Part shown: in pieces, positions 9,223 to 20,152 of the stretch
How the letters are laid out: each line of letters begins with the position of its first letter
Position numbering within the stretch: position 1 is the first letter of the stretch
Assembly (NCBI GenBank): GCA_048538275.1
Contig: JBLYPW010000003.1
Location: forward strand, 15,248 to 79,247
Reading direction: 5' to 3'
DNA length: 64,000 nt
Source: Candidatus Komeilibacteria bacterium
GTDB lineage: Bacteria > Patescibacteriota > Patescibacteriia > UBA1558
The notes under the pieces: generated by a model
What the model was told of the DNA's origin: nothing
The model's database searches: none
Seen by the model: the letters and a program-made list of their open reading frames with translations, nothing else
Made by a program: the position numbers and the translations under genes

Positions 9223-10266
9223 ATGAGAATACTAGGTATAGAAAGTAGTTGTGATGAGACAGCCTTTTGCCTGCTCAAGATAAGCGGCTCTAAAATTGAA
9301 GTGGAGCGCAATTTAGTGTCGTCACAAATTGATATTCACTCTCGTTATGGCGGAGTGGTGCCGGAAGTGGCTGCCCGTCAGCATACGGAAGTGATTATTC
9401 CTTTATTACAAGAGACCTGGGGTAGAAAATATCGTCCGCAGGATATTGATTTGTTGGCTGTCACGCAGGGGCCGGGTTTGATCACCTCTTTGCTCATCGG
9501 TTTGCAAACTGCTCAGACCTTATCTTATGTTTGGCAAAAACCATTACTTGGCGTCAATCATTTAGCCGGCCATCTTTATTCTAGTTGGTTGGAGAGTGAC
9601 GAGTTGAATGCTAAGAGTAAAAATATTTTTCCGGCTTTGGGTTTATTGGTCTCCGGCGGCCATACGGAATTGGTTTTAATACGAGATTATGATAGTTATA
9701 AATTAATTGGTCATACAAGGGATGATGCGGCTGGAGAGGCTTTTGATAAAGTAGCTAAAATATTGGGTATGGGTTATCCGGGGGGGCCAGCCATTGCCGA
9801 AGCGGCCGCCGAAGGCAATCCGAGCGAGATAAATTTTCCACGGCCGATGCTTAATAGCAAAAATTTTGATTTTTCTTTTTCCGGTTTAAAAACCGCTGTG
9901 CGTTATTATGTATCAGAACATCGTTTACGTGAACGCCAGATTAATAATGTTTGTGCGAGTTTTCAGCAGGCGGCAGTGGATGTATTGGTAGAAAAAAGCA
10001 AACGAGCTATAGACAAATATCAGGTTAAAAGTTTGCTATTGGGTGGTGGCGTAGCGGCTAATAAAAAATTGCGTAAAGAATTATTGATCATGGCTGATCG
10101 TCAGGGTGTGCAATTTTATTGTCCTCGGATGAAATATACTGGGGATAATGCCGCTATGATTGCTTTGGCTGCTTATTTTCGTTGGCGACATTTATCCATT
10201 AAACAACGGAAGGATTTATTGACCAATTGGTATCGTTTAGAACCAAAACCAAATTGGGATTTATAG
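9223..10266 (+). CDS. tsaD: tRNA N6-threonylcarbamoyltransferase TsaD (start re-called to MRILGIE)
   Basis: ILGIESSCDET, GGVVPEVAARQH, VNHLAGH, VSGGHT, DDAAGEAFDK, FSFSGLKT, DNAAMIA. Confidence 0.96.
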   Translation: MRILGIESSCDETAFCLLKISGSKIEVERNLVSSQIDIHSRYGGVVPEVAARQHTEVIIPLLQETWGRKYRPQDIDLLAVTQGPGLITSLLIGLQTAQTLSYVWQKPLLGVNHLAGHLYSSWLESDELNAKSKNIFPALGLLVSGGHTELVLIRDYDSYKLIGHTRDDAAGEAFDKVAKILGMGYPGGPAIAEAAAEGNPSEINFPRPMLNSKNFDFSFSGLKTAVRYYVSEHRLRERQINNVCASFQQAAVDVLVEKSKRAIDKYQVKSLLLGGGVAANKKLRKELLIMADRQGVQFYCPRMKYTGDNAAMIALAAYFRWRHLSIKQRKDLLTNWYRLEPKPNWDL

Positions 10267-10355
10267 TAATAAATTTTTTTAACTACATTTTCAGTTAAGT
10301 CCGCTTCTTATATGGGCGGATTGATTTTTTAGCTAAAATAAGGTATAATTAAAAT

Positions 10356-10796
10356 ATGAAGCAAAAGCATAAAAGTAAAAATGAGGCAGAAACATTGAAT
10401 TTAGCTAAAGAGTTAGCTAAAAATTTTAAAGGTGGTGAAGTTGTTGCCTTGACCGGAGATTTGGGTGCCGGTAAGACGGTTTTTACCAAAGGACTAGCTC
10501 AAGGGGTGGGCTATAAAAAAGTCATTACTAGCCCTACTTTTGTTTTGATGAAAGTTTATCATCCGGACAATTTGACGGTGAAAAATTTTGTTCACGTTGA
10601 TTGTTATCGGATAGATTCTTCTGATGATCTTTATGGCATTGGTTTTAACGATTATTTAGGTAGAGCAGATACGGTAGTAGCTATAGAGTGGGCGGACAAA
10701 GTGAGTGATTTATTACAGAATAAAAAAGGTCATATTATCAATGTAAAAATTAAGGCGGGGCGTAAGGATTTAGAGAGAATAATTGACATAAATTAA
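10356..10796 (+). CDS. tsaE: t6A biosynthesis ATPase TsaE
   Basis: GDLGAGKT, SPTF, HVDCYR, IEWAD. Confidence 0.95.
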   Translation: MKQKHKSKNEAETLNLAKELAKNFKGGEVVALTGDLGAGKTVFTKGLAQGVGYKKVITSPTFVLMKVYHPDNLTVKNFVHVDCYRIDSSDDLYGIGFNDYLGRADTVVAIEWADKVSDLLQNKKGHIINVKIKAGRKDLERIIDIN

Positions 10797-10798
10797 TT

Positions 10799-12100
10799 AT
10801 GTATAATAAAGAAAATCCATTAGCAGGTAATAATTATGAAAATAAAGAAGTGGCGGAGGGCTTGATAGAAGCCGCTTTGCTTTATTCTCGCAAGGTTAAT
10901 GAAGGTAATAATGGTATTATCAACCAGTTGCAGCTGGATCAGTTAGCGCCGGAAATTTTAAATTATTTTCGTGAGGCTAGCGATGGGCAAATAAATGAAC
11001 AAGAGAGTGTAGCTACTAAATTATTAAAAGTGTATTCACCGGAAGTGGGTAAAACAGAAGCTGCGCGTCAGCAGCAAGCTTATAAAATTTGGGAAGCGGC
11101 GGAAGACAAGAGTGCTTTAGCCAAGGTGCCACGCTTATTATTTTATAAAGAAATAACTATAAAAAATCAGGAATTATTGGAGCGCCTGAGTAATGATGGT
11201 GTGCATGCCATGGACGGCAAGGTAGCGGTTTTGGTGATGGATTTTATTGAGGGGGAAGATTTAGCCATGTACTTAGTTAAGCAAATAGTAGCTCATCATC
11301 CAGAACTGGCTGATTTGCAACAAGCTTTGCAGGATGGCGCAGATATTTCTTTCGCACAATTACATAGTGGCATGTCGGCCGCTTTGGGGTTTGCTACAGC
11401 AGGCGGTCAGCATCGCAATTTGAATGACAATATTTTTGAAGAACAAAAAGTGAATAATGATAATGTTAAGTTAATGGTTGAATTCATGCGACGCAAGGGT
11501 ATAATTATTAATTCAGATATTTTACGAAAGGTTAAAAATACCATTGATCTGTTTCATGCCAATGATTTCCAACACGGAGATTTACATGAGCGCAATATCA
11601 TGTTGCAGTTTGATGAGGCACATAATTTAGCGGATGTTTTTATCATTGATTATGGTCAGCCACCGGCGGAGTTGGAAGAAGAGGGTAGTAAAATTAAATT
11701 GAATGATTATTTATTGTATGCGCGTTATTGGGATTTGACTTTGACGCCAGAGGAAAGAGAAGCAAGCGAGCATAATAAATTGTGGCAAAAACTAGATCGG
11801 TTGGAAAAACGATTACAAGGACAGGCGGATTGGATAACCTTGGCGGACCAGTTGGTGGATAAAGAAAAAAAACTGACCGTAGTCAGTTTAGAAAGATTAT
11901 TTAAAATCAATATTGGTAAGATAACGATGGATCAAGAATTATATTGGGACATAGTCATGGTGGCTTGGCGCAAGTTATTAAAGACAAGACCAAATTTAGC
12001 TTATGAGCACTTGGGACAGGTAGTGGCTAGTAATTTGCCGATTTTTATTCGCAATAAGGTGCGTCAGTTTTGGTCAGCTTTAGAAAAGAGTAAAGCCTAG
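10799..12100 (+). CDS. Protein-kinase-like fold protein (atypical Bud32/RIO-like motifs)
   Basis: NEGNNG loop, ATKLLK, VPRL, LVMDFIEG, HGDLHERNIM, VFIIDYG. Confidence 0.7.
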   Translation: MYNKENPLAGNNYENKEVAEGLIEAALLYSRKVNEGNNGIINQLQLDQLAPEILNYFREASDGQINEQESVATKLLKVYSPEVGKTEAARQQQAYKIWEAAEDKSALAKVPRLLFYKEITIKNQELLERLSNDGVHAMDGKVAVLVMDFIEGEDLAMYLVKQIVAHHPELADLQQALQDGADISFAQLHSGMSAALGFATAGGQHRNLNDNIFEEQKVNNDNVKLMVEFMRRKGIIINSDILRKVKNTIDLFHANDFQHGDLHERNIMLQFDEAHNLADVFIIDYGQPPAELEEEGSKIKLNDYLLYARYWDLTLTPEEREASEHNKLWQKLDRLEKRLQGQADWITLADQLVDKEKKLTVVSLERLFKINIGKITMDQELYWDIVMVAWRKLLKTRPNLAYEHLGQVVASNLPIFIRNKVRQFWSALEKSKA

Positions 12101-12282
12101 GTTTTCCCAGGCTTTAAAAATTGATTAATTGTCTGTATAGACAATGTTTGTTTATTGGCTATTTTAGGGTGGTCATATAAAGTCACCGCACCGTTTTCGT
12201 GGAAACTTATATTTTTCCAGCCCCGAGCTCTAAAAGTTTCTATCAGGGCTTTTTTTTGCTGGGGGTTTAGCTTTTTTAGCAT
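12097..12282 (-). CDS. Small basic hypothetical protein
   Basis: 61-aa ORF with AAAGGA upstream and TTGACA-17-TAGATT promoter-like element near 12327-12355. Confidence 0.45.
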   Translation of the reverse strand: MLKKLNPQQKKALIETFRARGWKNISFHENGAVTLYDHPKIANKQTLSIQTINQFLKPGKT

Positions 12283-12372
12283 ATTGGTTTTTCCTTTATG
12301 TAGCCTATTTTTTGTTTGGATGTCTAATCTATCATATTATGAATAGTTTGTCAACCCTATGTAAAAGAAGCT

Positions 12373-14064
12373 TTACTCTGTTTTATCAAACACTTCTTCT
12401 AAAGAAGTGATGCCGTCTTTGGCTTTGAGTAAACCATCTTGAATCATTGTTACCATCCCGTGTTGGATGGCAATATTTTGTGCTTCTTCTTCTGACACTT
12501 TGCCGGACATAACCATTTTTTCAATATCAGTATTCATGGTAAGCACTTCATAGACACCAATGCGGCCTTTGTAGCCAGCATGACATTTATCACAACCCAC
12601 AGCTTTATAAAATTTGAGTTTATCTAACTCTTCTGTTGATAAGGCATCACCAGATTGGGGAGAGATATTGCTGAGTTCATCTTTTACCTTTTGTAGAGTA
12701 TCATCGTCCGGTTTATATTCTTGTTTACAATGTTCACAAAGTTTTCGGACTAAACGTTGGCCAATAAAAGCATTGATAGCAGGAGCGAGTAAAAATGGTT
12801 TGACGCCCATTGCTAAAAAACGAGGTATGGCACCGGCTGCCGAATTAGTATGTAGGGTTGATATCATCAGGTGTCCGGTCAAGGCGGCATTGATGGCCAC
12901 TTCAGCTGTTTCCAAGTCGCGAATTTCACCCACCATCACAATGTCTGGGTCCTGGCGTAAAATAGAGCGCAGGCCGGACGCAAAAGTATAGCCCTTGCTA
13001 GGATCAATTTGGCTTTGATTGATGCCAGCCAGTTTGTATTCTACCGGATCTTCTAAAGTAATGATTTTACTATTTTCATTATTCAGTTTATTGAGAATAG
13101 CATACAGTGTAGTCGTTTTACCTGAACCGGTGGGACCGGTAGTCACGATCATGCCATTGGGACGATTTATATTTTCTTCCATGTCTTGGAAAGAGCGGCC
13201 GCGCAAACCCAGCTGTTCAAATTTTAATCCAACGGAAGAAGATTTTAATAAACGCATGACAATAGATTCGCCATAGCTAGTGGGCATAGTAGAAACACGC
13301 ACATCAATTTTGTCATCGGGTAGAAATATAGTGAAACGACCATCTTGGGGGGCGGTGGTCAGATTTAGCTTTAATCCGGATAACAATTTTACACGAGCGG
13401 TAATTTTAGGCCAATCACTTTTATTCATGGCAGCCATGGTGGTTAGCTCACCGTCAATACGCAGACGCAGCTTAACACTTTTTTCCTCGGCTTCTACATG
13501 AATGTCAGAGGTGTCAAAACGTAAGGCGCTAGCAATGATGAGGGTGACGATTTGGCTGGTGTTGGCTGTATTTAGTTTATTTTGTAAATCTTTTTTGTCC
13601 TGGATACTGTCTTGTAGCTTGGTTAGTTCATCAGCGTCTATCTTTACGCCAGTGCTGATTTCTTGTTGTTTTGGTACACGAGCATACACTTCCATACCCT
13701 TGTCAAAACTTGTTTTAGAAACTAAATACAATTCATACTCTGCGTGCTGCTCTTTTGCCAGAGCTTGACTGGCATTTTGCACGGCTTTATTTTGTGGGTC
13801 GGTAGAAGCGAGGCGCAATTTTTTACCATCATAAAAAAAACAAAGTAAGGGTAACTTGCGTGCTTCGCTTTCTTCTAGCAAGGCCAAAGCTTCTGGGTCA
13901 ATCGGGTAGTCACGCAGATTTATATAAGACAGGCCGCTGCGTTGGGCGCGTTGTTTAATCTCGTCTTCTTGTTCATCAGCTTTGATATTGGCTAATTTAC
14001 TGGCTAGCTCTTCAGCCTTTTCATCACTGCTAATATGAAGTTGTGGTTTTTTATCCTCGGTCAT
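12373..14064 (-). CDS. pilB: GspE/PilB-family secretion ATPase (paralog 1)
   Basis: SDIHVE, PQDGRF, GPTGSGKTT, TLEDPVEY, LRQDPD, TGH.STLH, CxxC..CxxC. Confidence 0.9.
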   Translation of the reverse strand: MTEDKKPQLHISSDEKAEELASKLANIKADEQEDEIKQRAQRSGLSYINLRDYPIDPEALALLEESEARKLPLLCFFYDGKKLRLASTDPQNKAVQNASQALAKEQHAEYELYLVSKTSFDKGMEVYARVPKQQEISTGVKIDADELTKLQDSIQDKKDLQNKLNTANTSQIVTLIIASALRFDTSDIHVEAEEKSVKLRLRIDGELTTMAAMNKSDWPKITARVKLLSGLKLNLTTAPQDGRFTIFLPDDKIDVRVSTMPTSYGESIVMRLLKSSSVGLKFEQLGLRGRSFQDMEENINRPNGMIVTTGPTGSGKTTTLYAILNKLNNENSKIITLEDPVEYKLAGINQSQIDPSKGYTFASGLRSILRQDPDIVMVGEIRDLETAEVAINAALTGHLMISTLHTNSAAGAIPRFLAMGVKPFLLAPAINAFIGQRLVRKLCEHCKQEYKPDDDTLQKVKDELSNISPQSGDALSTEELDKLKFYKAVGCDKCHAGYKGRIGVYEVLTMNTDIEKMVMSGKVSEEEAQNIAIQHGMVTMIQDGLLKAKDGITSLEEVFDKTE

Positions 14065-14190
14065 AAGTTTAACCTTTATGCTATTCTAGAATACAGTTTT
14101 TTTTCGCTTTTTACAAGCTAAAAATCTGATCATAAAAATAAAACCCCTATCATTTTAAAAGATGAGAGGGGTAAAATTGTATATATAATT

Positions 14191-15180
14191 TTATAATTTT
14201 GCTTGGCTTTTTTTAACGGCACGAGCGGCTACCCAACGGACAATTTTAGCAAATACTTGACCGGATTGTAATTTACGGAATAATAATGTCCAAGCGACAT
14301 TTTGCCAGGCAGTAAAGACAGCGCTACCAAATAAGAATATAGCGGCGCTTATAACCAGGGCAGCGCCCAAGAAGATATAGAATAATTGGGAGTTGCCACT
14401 CAGCATGCCAATGACTAATAATGGAGAGGCCAGCAGTAGACTCGCCAGGCTCATAATAAAAGCCAAGGCAATGTAAACGATCAAAGCGATAATAGCCATT
14501 TCAATACTGATGAGCCAGTGTTGGGCAAATAGACGCCAACCATGACCAAAGGATTCCCAGAATTTATGCTTTTCTAAAACTACAAAGTTGATAGCGTATT
14601 TGGTTACAAAAGATAGGATGATAGTGAGCGGGACGAAAATGACTAGGGTTATTATGGTCATAGGTAGAGCCCAGGCGCTGCCATTAGCCACCAATATCGT
14701 CAGTAACGGAGTTATTAATAAAGTAAGCAATATAAAGATAATTACCTTGGCTAAAAGATTTAGACCAAAGGCGCGCCAGAAAAATTTATGACTATTTTGC
14801 AGAAGACGAGGCCATTTGAAAGATTTGTCTTCCCTGATGTCATCAGCCGCTTGAATGATTGTAACTTGTGAGACAGTAGCCAACCAAGCCATGACAATGA
14901 CTAATAATATCCCCAACAGGATGGTCAGTAATACGGCTAAAAGATTAGCTAGGGGCAGTTGCCAAATAGCTTGCCAAGCAGTGCCATAGATGGTTATAGT
15001 TCTGGCAATAGCATCATAGACGTTCGGTTGATTACTTAAACGGGATAATTCTACAAAGAGGCTTTTATATTCTGCTACTGTGCCAAAAAACATGGCAAAT
15101 AATCCTAAAAGCCAGAAAAATTTGTATTTTTTTACCATTTCCCAAGAGCGAGCAATGATATTACGATAGAGTGAAGTCAT
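14191..15180 (-). CDS. Multi-pass membrane protein (start re-called to MTSLY)
   Basis: 6-7 hydrophobic segments; AAAAGGAGG SD before ATG at 15180. Confidence 0.75.
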   Translation of the reverse strand: MTSLYRNIIARSWEMVKKYKFFWLLGLFAMFFGTVAEYKSLFVELSRLSNQPNVYDAIARTITIYGTAWQAIWQLPLANLLAVLLTILLGILLVIVMAWLATVSQVTIIQAADDIREDKSFKWPRLLQNSHKFFWRAFGLNLLAKVIIFILLTLLITPLLTILVANGSAWALPMTIITLVIFVPLTIILSFVTKYAINFVVLEKHKFWESFGHGWRLFAQHWLISIEMAIIALIVYIALAFIMSLASLLLASPLLVIGMLSGNSQLFYIFLGAALVISAAIFLFGSAVFTAWQNVAWTLLFRKLQSGQVFAKIVRWVAARAVKKSQAKL

Positions 15181-15278
15181 ACTTACCCTCCTTTTTGCTA
15201 AATAATTAAGCGCGGTTATTGCCGCCAATCAAATACTGATAATAGGCATATATCCGCGCTTATATTTTACCACGATTA

Positions 15279-17096
15279 TTAATTGGCGAAAAGAGCGGCG
15301 AATTCATCTTTCTCCAAAGTTTCTTTAGCCAAAAGAGTGTCGGCAATTTTATCCAATTGTTTGCGATGTTTGCTTATCACTTCATTAGCTTTGTCAGCAC
15401 ATTGGTTGATGATATTGGATACTTCCTTATCAATCGCTTCTGCTGTTTTTTCGCTATAATCACGGCGTTCGTGAATTTCGTTTCCTAAGAAAATCATTTC
15501 TTCTTTTTCGCCAAAAGTTCTCGGTCCAAGATTTTGGTTCATGCCATATTGGGTGACTAGCTGGTTAGCCAATTTTGTGGCACGTTGTAAGTCATTACTA
15601 GCTCCGGTTGTTACTTGACCAAAGATATTTTTTTCAGCTAGATAACCGCCGAGCATGACGCTTATTTCCGCTAAAAATTCAGAATAAGTGTGCAGGTGTT
15701 TATCTTCGGTAGGGAGTTTCATGGTATAGCCGGCAGCGCGTCCGCGTGATATGATGGAGACTTTATGTACCGGATCAGCTTCGGGCAAGATATGAGCTAT
15801 GAGAGCATGACCACCTTCATGATAGGCTGTAACTTTCTTTTCTTTGTCAGATAAAATATGACTTTTGCGTTGCGGTCCGATGGTAACTTTTTCTAATGCT
15901 TCTAATAAATCTTCCATATTTATTTTTTTACGATCTTCCCGACCCGCCAAGATAGCCGCTTCATTGAGAATATTAGCCAAATCTGCTCCGGCTAGACCGG
16001 GGGTTCGTTCGGCGATAGGGCGTAAAGCAACGTCAGCCGATAGCGGCTTGTTAGTGGCATGTATTTTGAGAATAGCTTCTCTTTCCTTTATATCCGGTAA
16101 ATCAATAACCACCTGACGGTCAAAACGTCCTGGTCGCAGGAGAGCCGGGTCTAGGACGTCAGGGCGATTGGTCGCTGCCAGAACAATAATATTGGTAGTT
16201 TGTTCAAAGCCATCCATTTCTACCAAGATTTGATTGAGTGTTTGTTCACGTTCATCGTGTGAACCGCCCAAACCAGCGCCACGACGACGACCAACGGCAT
16301 CTATTTCATCAATAAAGATTATACAAGGAGAAGTTTTTTTAGCGCGTTTGAAAAGATCACGCACTCGAGAAGCACCTACGCCGACAAACATTTCTACAAA
16401 TTCAGATCCAGAAATATGAAAAAATGGAACCTTAGCTTCTCCTGCCACAGCCCGAGCTAAAAGCGTTTTTCCAGTACCGGGAGCGCCAAGTAACAGCGTG
16501 CCTTTTGGTATTTTAGCGCCTAAGTCAAGGAATTTTTTGGGATTGCGTAAAAATTGTACCACTTCTTCTAGTTCTTGTTTGGCCTCCGTACTGCCAGCTA
16601 CGTTTTTGAAAGTAACATTATTTTTACCCAAAGGACTAATTTTTGCACCAGACTGCCCAAAAGATAAAGCTCTATTATTTGCACCCTGTACTTGGCGAAA
16701 CATAAAGAATATGAATAAACCAATGAATAGGATTGGCAGTACAATGGGTAAAATAGCAGTTAGCCAAATGGAGCTTTCCGTATTGGTGGCAATATCTAGA
16801 TTCAAATTTTGTAGCTTTTCACCACTGACGCCATAATTGCGCAGGGTTGTCGTCAGCGATTCGCCAACTTCTTTTTTAGCTAGTTTGGTAGAGCCGTCAG
16901 TCAGCTTGACTACTAGCTCTTCGCCGTCCACTTGGATATTATTGATTTGATCAGACTGAATATATTGTACCAGTTGATTGAGATTTATTTTTTCCGATAC
17001 TTGCTGTTTGGTATTGTATAAGCTGAAAAAAGAAGCTAATAACAAGAATACAAATAGAAAGACAAAGAAATTTTTTGTCAGATTATTTTTTTTCAT
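15279..17096 (-). CDS. ftsH: ATP-dependent zinc metalloprotease FtsH
   Basis: Two TMs, [30 protein letters not shown]. Confidence 0.97.
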   Translation of the reverse strand: MKKNNLTKNFFVFLFVFLLLASFFSLYNTKQQVSEKINLNQLVQYIQSDQINNIQVDGEELVVKLTDGSTKLAKKEVGESLTTTLRNYGVSGEKLQNLNLDIATNTESSIWLTAILPIVLPILFIGLFIFFMFRQVQGANNRALSFGQSGAKISPLGKNNVTFKNVAGSTEAKQELEEVVQFLRNPKKFLDLGAKIPKGTLLLGAPGTGKTLLARAVAGEAKVPFFHISGSEFVEMFVGVGASRVRDLFKRAKKTSPCIIFIDEIDAVGRRRGAGLGGSHDEREQTLNQILVEMDGFEQTTNIIVLAATNRPDVLDPALLRPGRFDRQVVIDLPDIKEREAILKIHATNKPLSADVALRPIAERTPGLAGADLANILNEAAILAGREDRKKINMEDLLEALEKVTIGPQRKSHILSDKEKKVTAYHEGGHALIAHILPEADPVHKVSIISRGRAAGYTMKLPTEDKHLHTYSEFLAEISVMLGGYLAEKNIFGQVTTGASNDLQRATKLANQLVTQYGMNQNLGPRTFGEKEEMIFLGNEIHERRDYSEKTAEAIDKEVSNIINQCADKANEVISKHRKQLDKIADTLLAKETLEKDEFAALFAN

Positions 17097-17114
17097 AAGT
17101 AAGTTAGTTAGATT

Positions 17115-18383
17115 TTAGCTTTGGGTTACTTTATTATCAGTGGCTGTTGTTTCATCTTTTGTATTCTGTTTGGTTTTTGCTTCAGCGACTGACGAGACCG
17201 GTTTCTTTTTTTCCTCTTTTTTATCTTCATTAGTTTGAGTCTCGACCGGTTTTTCTTTTGCTTTGGACTCAGTTTTCACTTTGTCGGCGATCAAACTCAA
17301 GCCCAGACGATGATTGGTGGGCTCTATGGAAATGATAGTAAATTTATAAGTTTCATCAGGCTGTACCACCTCACTAGGGTCGGCAATTTCTTTAGTTGAT
17401 AGTTCGGAAACATGAGCCAAGCCATGAATATCTTCATCTAGTTCTACAAAAGCACCAAAAGGATTGGTTTTCAATACCTTGCCCTCAACCTGCTGACCGA
17501 TTTTGTACTTATCGGTAATTTCTTTCCAGGGATCAGTCTTTAATTTTTTAATAGATAAAGATATTTTAGAATTTTCAATAGCAATAATGGCGGCTTTAAT
17601 TTTATCACCCACATGGATAATGTCACGTGGGTCATCAATGCGCTGCCAGGCTAATTCAGAAATATGAACCAAGCCTTCTAGATTATCACCAAATTCTACG
17701 AAAGCGCCAAAATCAACTACTCCGGTGACCACACCTTCAATAGTGCTACCAACCTTATATTCAGAGATCGCGGCTTGCTGTTTTTCTTCCCAAGCGGCTT
17801 TTTCTGAAACAATAAGTTTTTCTTCCGCTTCATTGACATCAATAATTTTGACTTTAAACTCATCACCAATAAATTCTTTCAAGTGGGCAAGAATTTTATT
17901 ACGATCACCACCTTCTACACGTGGATAATGTTCGGTGGTCAACTGGGATACAGGCAAAAAGCCGACTACATTGCCAACTTTTATCATCAGACCGCCCTTA
18001 TTAGCATCAATGATTTTAGCCATGACAATTTCTCCAGACTCTTGTAATTCATCCAATTGTTCCCAAGCTTTTTGATGTCCAGCATAACGGAAGGATAATT
18101 CCATCAAGCCATTTTCATTTTCTAGATCCAGTACAGTGGCGGCGGCTGTGTCGCCTATTTTTATATTATCCAGATCACCTGACTCATCTTGAATTTCTTT
18201 ACCACGCACCACGCCACTAGTGACACCGTTGATATCTAGATGAACTTCATTTTTGCCGATACTTATTATAGTACCCTCTACCAAGTCACCCACTTGCGGT
18301 ACATTGATAGCATTGGGTTCTTGCGCCAATAGCTCTGCCATTTTGCTTCCGGAGGCGTCTTTTTTATTTAGTGTTTTAGACAT
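17115..18383 (-). CDS. rpsA: Ribosomal protein S1 (four S1 domains, charged tail)
   Basis: Repeated DFGAFVE...EGLVHISEL S1 domains. Confidence 0.88.
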   Translation of the reverse strand: MSKTLNKKDASGSKMAELLAQEPNAINVPQVGDLVEGTIISIGKNEVHLDINGVTSGVVRGKEIQDESGDLDNIKIGDTAAATVLDLENENGLMELSFRYAGHQKAWEQLDELQESGEIVMAKIIDANKGGLMIKVGNVVGFLPVSQLTTEHYPRVEGGDRNKILAHLKEFIGDEFKVKIIDVNEAEEKLIVSEKAAWEEKQQAAISEYKVGSTIEGVVTGVVDFGAFVEFGDNLEGLVHISELAWQRIDDPRDIIHVGDKIKAAIIAIENSKISLSIKKLKTDPWKEITDKYKIGQQVEGKVLKTNPFGAFVELDEDIHGLAHVSELSTKEIADPSEVVQPDETYKFTIISIEPTNHRLGLSLIADKVKTESKAKEKPVETQTNEDKKEEKKKPVSSVAEAKTKQNTKDETTATDNKVTQS

Positions 18384-18804
18384 TTAATGATTAGATTAGC
18401 CCAAAATTTGAGCGCCTGAACGGTTTGACCATAAATTGGCCGCCGCCAGGCTTAATTAATTAGTAAAATAGCTATGACAGCTTACAATATTTCTACTTTT
18501 TTGGCAAGGGGTAGAGGAGTAATTTTGTTTTTGGGTATTTTTATTGCAAGGGGGCTGATTTTTTGTTTATTTTTATAAATTTATAAATAACCATAATTAA
18601 TTATAATATGGCTAGTTTTATACTTGATTTATGCAGTTTTTTTTGTTAAAATAAAGGAGCTGTATGTTAAACTTTTATTCTTGCCACAGCGGGTCGGTGG
18701 GGTAAATGTGAAGCCATCATTTGTGTTCCCGGCGGGCCGATTTTGGCTCGTAAGTGATTTTGTGCCGGGGCTATAAAGGTGTTTTATTTTTATATTAAAA
18801 AAAT

Positions 18805-19428
18805 ATGCATGTCCAATGGTTTGGCAATACTTGTTTAAAGATTCAGTCTAATGGCGCTACGGTGGTTATTGATCCTTATAAGATCGGTAATTTAAAATCA
18901 CCACGCATGGCGGCTGACGTTTTATTATTAACTAGTCAAGATTTTTTTGGAGCCTCTTCTAGTGTGAGTGGCGATAAGTTTTTGATAGATTCGCCGGGAG
19001 AATACGAGGTTAAGAATATTATGATCACGGCTTTATCCAGCAATGGCAATGGTGATACCAAGGCGCAAACTTTTTATTATCTTGATTTGCATGGTATTTC
19101 CGTGGCTCATTTGGGACGCGCGCAGAAGGGTCAGCTGTCTGATAAACAATTGGAGATGTTGGAAAACGTAGACTTGTTATTTGTGCCGGTTGGTGGTAGC
19201 AATGCGGTAGATGCTAAGGGAGCCGCACAGTTGGTCAGTCAGATTGATCCTAAAATTGTCGTGCCTATATATTATAGTACGACTAAGTTGAAAATGAAGT
19301 TGGATAGTTTAGACAAGTTTATTAAAGAAATGAGTGTGAAGTCAGAATCAACCGATAAAATTTCTTTGAAGGCTAAAGATTTGCCAGTAGATGATATGAA
19401 AATGATAATTCTTCAACCATCAGTTTGA
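18805..19428 (+). CDS. Metallo-beta-lactamase-fold protein (degenerate metal site)
   Basis: VQWFGNTC..VVIDPY, PGEYEV, LFVPVGG, P..VVP; canonical His motif replaced by LTSQDF. Confidence 0.75.
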   Translation: MHVQWFGNTCLKIQSNGATVVIDPYKIGNLKSPRMAADVLLLTSQDFFGASSSVSGDKFLIDSPGEYEVKNIMITALSSNGNGDTKAQTFYYLDLHGISVAHLGRAQKGQLSDKQLEMLENVDLLFVPVGGSNAVDAKGAAQLVSQIDPKIVVPIYYSTTKLKMKLDSLDKFIKEMSVKSESTDKISLKAKDLPVDDMKMIILQPSV

Positions 19429-19429
19429 T

Positions 19430-20152
19430 ATGACAGCGCAACACATTAAAAAACAATGGTATGGATGGGTTATAATTCTAGTTATTTTGGTTATCATTAT
19501 GTGGTTTGTAACTTGGCAGAACGAATGGTATCAGAGTCGTCAAGTAAATAATGAAGACAGTTTGCAATCTACTTGGCAGGATTTGGCCAAGCAGTGGCAA
19601 AAATTGCAAGGGGAGACTAATGTAAATAGCAATAAAGTGGCTGCAATATTACGCCAATGGAGACAACAGACAACTAATGATCTTGGTGCTGGCGAGTGGT
19701 TAAATTATCTTAGTCAAAGGATAGATACCTGGCAACTGGCTGATTGGCAAGAGGTTAGCATGGCCACATTAAACTGGCGCATGCCGGCTGATTGGCAGGC
19801 GCAAGAGGAGGACGGTGTTATTTTGATAATGAATGATATTGCTGAACCAGTAATGCGCATAGTTTCTCTGGCGCAAGCTAGTGATTTGCCGGATAATATT
19901 AACAATTTAACTTTAATTGATTGGTTGGATCAGCAGCAGCAGCGTGCTTTAGGCATCGTGGCTGATTGGCAAGAGCAAAGCATGCATGACATTTCTGATG
20001 GCTATTTAGTAACTTATAAAAACAATGATTGGCAAACCGGGTTTTGGTGGCAAATGGGTGACGGCGTTTATCATATTGATGCTACCAGTATTATAGACAA
20101 TAATCTTTTTTCATTAATTATTTCAACTTTAAATTATAACAATGCCAGCTAA
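19430..20152 (+). CDS. Hypothetical membrane-anchored Trp/Gln-rich protein
   Basis: N-terminal TM; recurrent (A)DWQ; tightly coupled to both neighbours. Confidence 0.65.
   Translation: MTAQHIKKQWYGWVIILVILVIIMWFVTWQNEWYQSRQVNNEDSLQSTWQDLAKQWQKLQGETNVNSNKVAAILRQWRQQTTNDLGAGEWLNYLSQRIDTWQLADWQEVSMATLNWRMPADWQAQEEDGVILIMNDIAEPVMRIVSLAQASDLPDNINNLTLIDWLDQQQQRALGIVADWQEQSMHDISDGYLVTYKNNDWQTGFWWQMGDGVYHIDATSIIDNNLFSLIISTLNYNNAS

Noticed and set aside
12614-13768. Chain of antisense ORFs within pilB (similar ones in ftsH, gyrA, leuS and the giant genes)
   Set aside because: Typical antisense shadows of conserved genes; no motifs or start signals
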